Assembly: GCA_965224745.1 (NCBI GenBank)
Contig: CBDCZY010000004.1
Span: 29,851 to 93,850, forward strand
DNA: 64,000 nt
Direction: 5' to 3'
Origin: Methylococcales bacterium
GTDB taxonomy: Bacteria > Pseudomonadota > Gammaproteobacteria > Methylococcales > Methylomonadaceae
In this document: positions 57,445 through 64,000 of the stretch, piece after piece
Position numbering within the stretch: the stretch's first letter is position 1
Layout of the letters: each line of letters begins with the position of its first letter
Position numbers and translations under genes: made by a program
Notes under the pieces: generated by a model
The model's input: only the letters and a program-made list of their open reading frames with translations
Told to the model about the DNA's origin: nothing
The model's database searches: none

Positions 57445-59850
57445 ATGACCAGAAAAAGCAGATTCATAATGAACATGAAAACGAATAAATTCAAAATTGT
57501 AATAGCAATGAGTGCCATGCTGGCGTTAACTGGTTGTGAATACCTGTGGCCGCAGAAAATAAAAAAGAATATCATTGAAGACGCATTTCAGAAGCCGGAT
57601 CATCGATCCGCGAACAAGTCTCTTTTTAAGAAACTTGATAATTCCGGAAAAGAAAAAAAGCAGAAAGAACTGAAGCCGGAAATTCATGTAGGAACAGGAA
57701 AATTCTTGTCTTCAAAAACCAATAACTCCCAAAGTAAAAGACCTTCTGGCGCCAAGGGAAAATATCGGTTGAATTTTGACGATGCTGACTTAGGTGAGGT
57801 CGCCAAAGTCATTCTCAGTGATACGCTGGGTGCAAATTACATTTTGAGTCCTCGGGTTGCCGGCAGAGTGACCCTGCAAACAACCAAAGAATTGACTAAG
57901 GAAGAATTGCTGCCTACGCTAGAAATGTTGTTGGAAATGAACAATGCTGCATTGGTTAAAAGCGCTTCGGGCGTATACAGAATAGAACCTGCGGCTACTG
58001 CACAACAGGGAGCATCAGTAAGAAAAAAGTCGGGTTCAAAGCCTCTGCGCTCAGGTTATCAAATCCGGGTTTTTCCATTGGAGTATGTTGGCGTTCAGGA
58101 TATGGTTGAAATACTCAACCCAATATTGCCGCCTAAAGCGGTGACTCGTGTTGATACCGTCAGGAATATGCTGGTTATTGCAGGCACATCCCAGCAGCTC
58201 AGTAATATTCAAGAAACCATTGAGCTTTTTGATGTCAACATGATGGACGGTATGTCGTTTGGTTTGTTTCCGATGAAAAATGCTGAAGCGACCAAAGTGG
58301 TAGAGGAATTAGACGGCATCTTCAGCAAAGATGCAAAGGTCTCGAATCCGTTTGCCGGCATGTTTCGGTTTTTACCCATCGAAAGATTAAACTCTGTTTT
58401 GGTGGTGACGCAGCAGCCGGAGTATTTGGATGCCGTACAAGATTGGGTTAAAAGACTGGACAAAGCACAAACTGAAGGCGGTGGCGGCGGTGTCGTGGTT
58501 TATCATGTGCAAAATGTGGATGCGCTTGAATTAGCCGATACTTTAACCAGTATTTTTGGCGGCGCTTCCTCGTCGCCCAGAAAAGATCCTTCTGTTGCAG
58601 GAGGTTTGCAAGGGCAATCCATATCCAATAGAAAAGATAACAAAAATAAGAAAAAGGAAACAAGGCGAGGGGCTAAAAAGGCGGGACAAGGAACAGGTCA
58701 GTTCGAGGGTATTAGTATTATTGCGGATGAAGGGAATAATTCACTGATTATCATGGCCAACCCTCAGCAATATGGCATTATTAAGCAAATTGTTCTCCAG
58801 CTAGATATTATGCCATTGCAAGTTTTGATAGATGCTAAAATCATCTCGGTAGACTTAAAAGATGACCTACAATACGGCGTTAAATGGTTGTTTGAAAATA
58901 GGTTGTCAGGCAGCTACGATGGCCAGGGTGGGTTATTTGGTATAGGCGAAACTTTGGTGAATCAAGCTGCGGATGTTGCAGCCACGGGTTTTACTTATGG
59001 AGTGTTAAATAAGGGATCTGATGTTCGCATTATCCTTGAAGCTCTGGCTACCGATAGTTTACTTAATGTTATTTCGACACCATCTTTGATGGTGCTGAAT
59101 AATAAAGAAGCAAAAATTCATGTCGGTGACAGTGTCCCCATTCGTACTAATCAATCACAACCTACCAATACACTGGTACCAACGAATACAGGCTTACTGG
59201 GAAATAATAACAATGCAGCGTTGAGTGGGGTTTTGACCAGCGGTATCCAAATGTTGGATACAGGGATCGATCTTACAGTAACCCCCCGGGTCAACTCTAG
59301 TGGGCTGGTTATCATGGAAGTTGCACAACAATTTAATAATGCCATTCCATCAGAACGAACTTCTGGAATTGATTCGCCAACCATCCAAGAGAAAGAAATT
59401 ACCAGTACTGTCGCTGTGCATGATGGTGAAACACTGGTTTTGGGAGGGTTGATATCAGATAATGAGAATGAAAGCAAGACTGGTATCCCTCTGCTAAGCA
59501 AAATTCCTTTAATAGGCTCCCTTTTTTCCAGTACAACTAAATCGTATACAAAATCAGAATTAATCATTTTAATTACGCCGAGGGTTGTCGCAAGGAAAGA
59601 AGATGCAAGAGATATCACCAATGAATACAAGCGCAGACTTTTGAGTATTTATGGTGCATCCTATAATAGTCCTGCGAAAAATAAAGGTGCAAATTATAGA
59701 AAGACACGTCAGTCAAGAGGCAACTCCCATCAAGAGCAGCCTTTTAACCAACAAGATTTAAAAGAAGAGCTTGATAATCAGCAAAGAATAAAAGGCGAGC
59801 CTGATGATTCCAATAAGCTTGAATGGGGCGAGCCCGAGAGAATTCCTTAG
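57445..59850 (+). CDS. gspD: type II secretion secretin GspD, with a lipoprotein-type signal peptide
   Basis: 801 aa. The lipobox is MSAMLALTG-C. The N0 domain is YRLNFDDADLGEVAKVILSD. The secretin core includes STPSLMVLNNKEAKIHVGD, IDLTVTPRV and GIPLLSKIPLIGSLF. Confidence 0.9.
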   Translation: MTRKSRFIMNMKTNKFKIVIAMSAMLALTGCEYLWPQKIKKNIIEDAFQKPDHRSANKSLFKKLDNSGKEKKQKELKPEIHVGTGKFLSSKTNNSQSKRPSGAKGKYRLNFDDADLGEVAKVILSDTLGANYILSPRVAGRVTLQTTKELTKEELLPTLEMLLEMNNAALVKSASGVYRIEPAATAQQGASVRKKSGSKPLRSGYQIRVFPLEYVGVQDMVEILNPILPPKAVTRVDTVRNMLVIAGTSQQLSNIQETIELFDVNMMDGMSFGLFPMKNAEATKVVEELDGIFSKDAKVSNPFAGMFRFLPIERLNSVLVVTQQPEYLDAVQDWVKRLDKAQTEGGGGGVVVYHVQNVDALELADTLTSIFGGASSSPRKDPSVAGGLQGQSISNRKDNKNKKKETRRGAKKAGQGTGQFEGISIIADEGNNSLIIMANPQQYGIIKQIVLQLDIMPLQVLIDAKIISVDLKDDLQYGVKWLFENRLSGSYDGQGGLFGIGETLVNQAADVAATGFTYGVLNKGSDVRIILEALATDSLLNVISTPSLMVLNNKEAKIHVGDSVPIRTNQSQPTNTLVPTNTGLLGNNNNAALSGVLTSGIQMLDTGIDLTVTPRVNSSGLVIMEVAQQFNNAIPSERTSGIDSPTIQEKEITSTVAVHDGETLVLGGLISDNENESKTGIPLLSKIPLIGSLFSSTTKSYTKSELIILITPRVVARKEDARDITNEYKRRLLSIYGASYNSPAKNKGANYRKTRQSRGNSHQEQPFNQQDLKEELDNQQRIKGEPDDSNKLEWGEPERIP

Positions 59851-59868
59851 TAAATTGAATGGCGAGTT

Positions 59869-60381
59869 TTGATGGAGGTTTCTTTGCCAAACTCGTCGAA
59901 TTGTTTGTGTGATTCAAATATAACTTATTCAGAGTGTTGTAATCGGTTTCACACAGGTACTGAAAAACCGCAAACTGCTGAACTTTTAATGCGGGCTCGC
60001 TTTACCGCTTATGCCATGAGAAATGTTGATTTTCTACTGAGCACCTGGGACAAAAATAAGCGACCCAAAGAAATCGACTTTTCAAAAGAACCTGTCGAAT
60101 GGGTTCGGCTGGAGATTATTAATACTAAAAAAGGGCTCTCGCAGGATAATAAAGGTATCGTGGAGTTTAAGGCATTTTATTTGCTGGAAGGCGAGGAACA
60201 TGTCATGCGAGAAGTCAGCCGTTTTCACCGAAAAGATGGAAAATGGCTCTATCTTGAAGGTATCGTTCATTCCATTGCCAAAGCTCATCAGCAACCATCA
60301 GGAAATCTGAATGCACTCTGTAGTTGTGGTAGTGGCAAGAAGTTTAAACGTTGTTGCGGTCAATCCTTAATCAAAAAATAA
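59869..60381 (+). CDS. ychJ: YchJ-family protein (UPF0225) with SEC-C motifs
   Basis: 170 aa with an N-terminal CLCDS...YSECCNRFH motif and a C-terminal CSCGSGKKFKRCCG motif. The start is the TTG at 59869 or the ATG at 59872. Confidence 0.8.
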   Translation: MMEVSLPNSSNCLCDSNITYSECCNRFHTGTEKPQTAELLMRARFTAYAMRNVDFLLSTWDKNKRPKEIDFSKEPVEWVRLEIINTKKGLSQDNKGIVEFKAFYLLEGEEHVMREVSRFHRKDGKWLYLEGIVHSIAKAHQQPSGNLNALCSCGSGKKFKRCCGQSLIKK

Positions 60382-60478
60382 CGCAACGATCTCACGTTTA
60401 ATAGCGTTTTACGTTAAAATAACCCCCTTTAAACAACACCCCAAGACTCCGGCATCCCCGGATAAAAATATTCTCTTT

Positions 60479-61555
60479 ATGCCTAACAATTATAAAACAG
60501 ATGATTTACGCATCTGTGAAACCAAAGAAGTTATAGCTCCCAGACAAGTATTAGAAGAATTACCGATAACGGATAATGTTGCCAGAACGACACAGCTTAC
60601 CAGGTCTGCAATCCATAATATTTTAACAAGAGAAGATGATCGTTTGCTGGTTATCATTGGTCCCTGTTCGGTGCATGATGTTGCAGCGGCTTTGGAGTAT
60701 GCGGCTAAACTAAAAAATATAAAAGAGCAATTATCAGAGGATTTACTGATTGTCATGCGGGTTTATTTTGAAAAACCTCGAACGACGGTTGGCTGGAAAG
60801 GGTTAATTAATGACCCGGATTTGAATGCAAGTTTTAATATTAATAAAGGATTACGAGTCGCTCGTGAATTGTTGCTAAAACTGAACGATTTAGGCATGCC
60901 GGCGGCGACTGAATATTTGGATTTGATTACACCACAATACTTCTCTGACCTGATCGCCTGGGGTGCTATCGGCGCTCGAACCACAGAAAGTCAGGTCCAC
61001 CGGGAGTTGGCTTCGGGTTTATCTTGTCCTGTAGGGTTTAAAAATGCAACCGATGGCACTGTCAAGATTGCTATTGATGCTATCGGGGCAGCGATGAGTC
61101 CCCATCATTTTCTATCAGTGACTAAAGCAGGGCACTCGGCTATTTTTTCTACCACAGGCAACCAAGACACTCATTTAATTTTGAGAGGCGGTTCAGAAAA
61201 ACCGAATTATGACGCTGTCAGTGTAGATCAAGCTGCCGAATCGCTTGGTGCGGCAGATATCACGCCTAATATTATGATTGATTTCAGTCATGCTAATAGC
61301 TTAAAGCAATGGCAAAGACAAGTTATTGTGGCAGAGGATGTGGGCATTCAAATCTCCAATGGTGATAAAAGGATTATCGGCGTTATGGTCGAAAGCCACC
61401 TCAAAGCGGGTCAGCAAGAAGTTGTTCCGGGTCAGGAAAGCGAGCTGGTTTATGGCCAAAGTATTACCGATGCCTGCCTTGGTTGGGATGAAAGCGAAAA
61501 ATTGTTGGTTGAGTTGGCTGAAACAGTGAGATCTCGTAGAAAAGGTTTAATTTAA
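60479..61555 (+). CDS. aroG: 3-deoxy-7-phosphoheptulonate (DAHP) synthase, class I; the feedback specificity cannot be determined from sequence
   Basis: 358 aa with the motifs IIGPCSVHD, KPRTTVGWKGLINDP and GARTTESQVHRELASG. Confidence 0.85.
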   Translation: MPNNYKTDDLRICETKEVIAPRQVLEELPITDNVARTTQLTRSAIHNILTREDDRLLVIIGPCSVHDVAAALEYAAKLKNIKEQLSEDLLIVMRVYFEKPRTTVGWKGLINDPDLNASFNINKGLRVARELLLKLNDLGMPAATEYLDLITPQYFSDLIAWGAIGARTTESQVHRELASGLSCPVGFKNATDGTVKIAIDAIGAAMSPHHFLSVTKAGHSAIFSTTGNQDTHLILRGGSEKPNYDAVSVDQAAESLGAADITPNIMIDFSHANSLKQWQRQVIVAEDVGIQISNGDKRIIGVMVESHLKAGQQEVVPGQESELVYGQSITDACLGWDESEKLLVELAETVRSRRKGLI

Positions 61556-61579
61556 AATGATTGATATGATTAGCGGGTA

Positions 61580-62557
61580 ATGATGAAAATTTTAGTAAAT
61601 GGCGAAGAACTTGCTTTTCAAGAAGGTGCAAGTGTTGAAGACGTTGTTAATCAACTAGGGTTAGCTGGTAAGCGTATCGCAGTAGAATTGAATAGGGAAA
61701 TTTTGCCACACGGACAATATGCGAAAAAATTGGCAGCTGAAGATCGCGTAGAAGTCGTGCAAGCTATCGGTGGAGGACAAAACGACAGCATAATTATTGC
61801 CGATAAAACATATCACTCCAGGCTGCTAGTTGGAACGGGTAAATATAAGGATATGCAAGAAACCAAACTGGCAATTGAAGCCAGCGGGGCCGAAATAGTT
61901 ACTGTCGCGTTGCGTAGAACCAATATCGGTCAAAATGCCGAAGAGCCGAACTTACTAGATGTCATACCACCCGATAAATACACTATTTTACCCAATACTG
62001 CAGGGTGTTATACCATTGAAGACGCCTTGCGAACTTGCCGTCTGGGCAAGGAGTTACTGGGCGGGCATAAACTGGTTAAACTAGAAGTCTTGGGGGATGA
62101 AAAAACGTTGTTTCCGGATATTACCGCGACCCTTGAAGCTGCAAAACAGCTTGTAAAAGAAGATTTCGATGTCATGGTTTATACCAATGATGACCCCATA
62201 ATCGCCAAACGACTTGAAGACATTGGTTGTGTTGCGGTTATGCCGTTGGCTGCGCCGATAGGTTCAGGGCTGGGCATTCGTAACCCATATAACATTCTGA
62301 CCATCGTGGAAAATGCCAATGTACCCATCTTAGTTGATGCTGGTGTTGGGACTGCTTCCGATGCAGCGATTGCTATGGAACTTGGTTGTGATGGTGTACT
62401 AATGAACACAGCGATAGCCGCAGCTAAAAAACCGGTATTGATGGCTTCTGCTATGAAGAAAGGGATTGAAGCCGGCCGAGAAGCTTATTTGGCTGGTAGA
62501 ATGTCTCGAAAACGTTTTGCCTCCGCTTCGTCTCCGATTGAAGGACTATTCCTTTAA
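61580..62557 (+). CDS. thiG: ThiS-ThiG fusion: sulfur-carrier protein fused in frame to thiazole synthase
   Basis: Residues 1-66 are ThiS-like and end in ...VVQAIGGG. There is no stop codon (GGT GGA GGA CAA AAC). ThiG follows directly ([21 protein letters not shown]...KLEV...[11 protein letters not shown]). Confidence 0.85.
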   Translation: MMKILVNGEELAFQEGASVEDVVNQLGLAGKRIAVELNREILPHGQYAKKLAAEDRVEVVQAIGGGQNDSIIIADKTYHSRLLVGTGKYKDMQETKLAIEASGAEIVTVALRRTNIGQNAEEPNLLDVIPPDKYTILPNTAGCYTIEDALRTCRLGKELLGGHKLVKLEVLGDEKTLFPDITATLEAAKQLVKEDFDVMVYTNDDPIIAKRLEDIGCVAVMPLAAPIGSGLGIRNPYNILTIVENANVPILVDAGVGTASDAAIAMELGCDGVLMNTAIAAAKKPVLMASAMKKGIEAGREAYLAGRMSRKRFASASSPIEGLFL

Positions 62558-62630
62558 TCAATTGTTTTTCCAGTCAATTAGCTGGTTTAGTTCTACTTGG
62601 TTAGATGATATCATTAGTTGTTTCCAAGAT

Positions 62631-62727
62631 CGTCATTCCGGCAGGGATTGCCGGAATCCAGACTTCAAGGATGAATTTTCGCTTGCTTTCCGTGGCGCTG
62701 GATACCCGTTCCTGACGAGTATGACGG
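62631..62727. repeat. REP/MITE-like palindromic intergenic element
   Basis: It runs from CGTCATTCCGGCAGGGATTGCCGGAATCCAGAC to CTGGATACCCGTTCCTGACGAGTATGACGG. There is a perfect 9-bp hairpin, ATTCCGGCA-GGGAT-TGCCGGAAT (62635..62657), and the termini CGTCAT/ATGACG are inverted. Only one copy is seen in the window. Confidence 0.5.
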
Positions 62728-62766
62728 CCTTATGGTTATTCTGAAAGTAGATAGGCAGATACTTAT

Positions 62767-63450
62767 TTGATTAGCCAACCTCGTCGAATTCGCAGCTACG
62801 TCTTGCGCCAAGGCCGTATAACGCCAGGGCAGCAACAAGCACTTGAACGATTAACACCAAAATATTGTCTTGATCCAGCAACTGAAATTGATGTCGGCGA
62901 CATATTTGAAAAGAATTCACCATTGATAGTCGAAATAGGTTTCGGTAATGGAGCGAGTTTGGCCGAGGTTGCGGAAAAAACCCCAGAGACTAATTTCATT
63001 GGCATAGAAGTTCATCAAGCCGGAGTAGGGCATTTGATGCTTGAATTAGAGCACAAACAACTCACCAACGTCAGAATAATTTGTCACGATGCTATCGAGA
63101 TAGTAAAAACAAAATTCAAAGCTGAAAGTTTGGATGCCCTATGGCTATTTTTCCCCGACCCGTGGCCTAAAAAAAAGCATCACAAACGGCGAATTCTTAA
63201 CAGCGACTTTATAGAGATAGTCACTCAAAAACTAAAAACTGGGGGATACTTGCATGCTGCTACTGACTGGGAACCCTATGCAGAACAAATGTTAAAAGTA
63301 TTGCAGGCATGTCCCGCATTAAAAAACCAAAACAAAGGTTATGCTAAACGACCAGCACATCGCCCGCTCACCAAGTTTGAGAAGCGCGGTCTTAACTTGG
63401 GGCACCAAGTAAGAGATCTGGTTTTTGAAAGAATAACGGGATCCTGCTGA
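62767..63450 (+). CDS. trmB: tRNA (guanine46-N7)-methyltransferase
   Basis: 227 aa with a TTG start. Motifs are EIGFGNG and FPDPWPKKKHHKRR. thiS-thiG-trmB synteny matches Pseudomonas. Confidence 0.9.
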   Translation: MISQPRRIRSYVLRQGRITPGQQQALERLTPKYCLDPATEIDVGDIFEKNSPLIVEIGFGNGASLAEVAEKTPETNFIGIEVHQAGVGHLMLELEHKQLTNVRIICHDAIEIVKTKFKAESLDALWLFFPDPWPKKKHHKRRILNSDFIEIVTQKLKTGGYLHAATDWEPYAEQMLKVLQACPALKNQNKGYAKRPAHRPLTKFEKRGLNLGHQVRDLVFERITGSC

Positions 63451-63534
63451 TTGAAACGGATTGATTATAATACTCCCCAAAAACCAGACCAATAGTTAAG
63501 ATAGAATCTTACCCTCAAAACCGAGGATTAAGAG

Positions 63535-63813
63535 ATGACAATTAGTCGAAAAAAGCACAGCACCCAAACCAAAGTCAAGGTTGTTTTAGCAGCCCTAAAA
63601 GGTGAGCAAACCACAGCAGAAATTACCGCGAAATACGGCATCCATTCAACCCAAATCAACCATTGGAAAAAGGCTGCGTTAGACACCCTCCCTGAAGCCT
63701 TTTCAAGCCACCGAAAACGCCAGGAAGATGATCAGCAAGCGTTGATTGATGAACTCTACAAGCAGATAGGGCAGCTAAAAGTAGAAAATGAATTTCTAAA
63801 AAAAACATGTTGA
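63535..63813 (+). CDS. IS3-family transposase OrfA (HTH)
   Basis: 92 aa, near-identical to the copy A OrfA. Confidence 0.9.
   Translation: MTISRKKHSTQTKVKVVLAALKGEQTTAEITAKYGIHSTQINHWKKAALDTLPEAFSSHRKRQEDDQQALIDELYKQIGQLKVENEFLKKTC
63798..63805 (+). promoter_or_regulatory. A8 slippery run (A AAA AAA) for programmed -1 frameshifting between orfA and orfB
   Basis: Reads TTT CTA AAA AAA ACA TGT TGA. orfB (from 63810) lies in the -1 frame. Confidence 0.8.
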
Positions 63814-64000
63814 ACGTGGCTCTTGACACTAAAAAAATGTGGTTAGCACCTGCGCATTCAAGCCTTAGTACCCGGCAACAGTGTGGTTTGCTAGGCATCA
63901 ATCGCTCAAGCCTGTATTACCGTCCGGTGGGTATCGACGCATACACGCTATTATTGATGCACGAACTGGATAAACAATATACCGAAACGCCTTTTTACGG
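63810..64000 (+). CDS. IS3-family transposase OrfB, 5' part only (truncated by the window end)
   Basis: My own translation is MNVALDTKKMWLAPAHSSLSTRQQCGLLGINRSSLYYRPVGIDAYTLLLMHELDKQYTETPFY, which matches the copy A OrfB N-terminus with 5 substitutions. Confidence 0.85.
   Translation, partial: MNVALDTKKMWLAPAHSSLSTRQQCGLLGINRSSLYYRPVGIDAYTLLLMHELDKQYTETPFY

Larger units (their letters stand above)
63465..64000 (+). mobile_element. IS3-family insertion sequence, copy B (left part only; runs off the window)
   Basis: It has the same left end as copy A (TTATAATACTCCCCAAAAACCAGACCAATAGTTAAGATAG). OrfA differs from copy A at 4 of 92 residues. It begins 14 bp after the trmB stop. Confidence 0.85.

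Noticed and set aside
62466-62744. A 92-aa ORF begins within the 3' end of thiSG and spans most of the thiSG-trmB intergenic region.
   Set aside because: It overlaps the 3' end of thiG in another frame and then reads through the palindromic REP-like element (RHSGRDCRNPDFKD...). This is the typical artefact produced by such repeats.

Overview
This 64-kb window looks like an AT-rich gammaproteobacterial chromosome (roughly 40% G+C by eye, not computed). All family calls come from reading the ORF translations, motifs and synteny from memory; no database search was run.

Most of the window is housekeeping genes, arranged in blocks whose order matches Pseudomonas/E. coli-type synteny:
- Minus strand: pyrC'-pyrB-pyrR-ruvX-yqgE(algH)-tonB-like-gshB.
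- rpmB-rpmG (rpmG is missing from the ORF track).
- A large Cache-HAMP-PAS-GGDEF-EAL sensor.
- tesA divergent from ybbA-ybbP-like ABC genes.
- An SPFH/NfeD pair.
- moxR-DUF58-tgpA.
- mnmG-rsmG-parA-parB.
- aroK-aroB-SPOR protein-hemE.
- glk-ald and tRNA-Thr(CGU).
- glnE-ilvE-waaF-waaC, running straight into an 11-gene type II secretion cluster in Xps order (gspE F G H I J K L M, a GspC/XpsN-like gene, gspD).
- ychJ, a DAHP synthase, an in-frame thiS-thiG fusion, and trmB.

Mobile DNA:
- Two different IS1-family copies, both with broken reading frames.
- Two diverged IS3-family copies in inverted orientation, bracketing about 20.5 kb. The second copy runs off the window.

Accessory-looking stretches:
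- 15987-19123: an IS1 copy plus an orphan membrane-anchored TPR gene.
- 36663-42985: downstream of tRNA-Thr, with a split DUF4153-like gene, three small genes, an IS1 copy and an IS3 copy.

I did not find a convincing new multi-gene system. The most unusual items are:
- An ArfA-like mini-gene with a 17-bp in-ORF hairpin.
- The thiS-thiG fusion.
- A palindrome and DnaA-box-like cluster in the long 3' tail of the IS3 copy.
- The inverted IS3 pair itself.
- A PDZ-less, basic-tailed GspC-like protein paired with a lipobox-bearing secretin.
- An atypical cofactor loop in alanine dehydrogenase.
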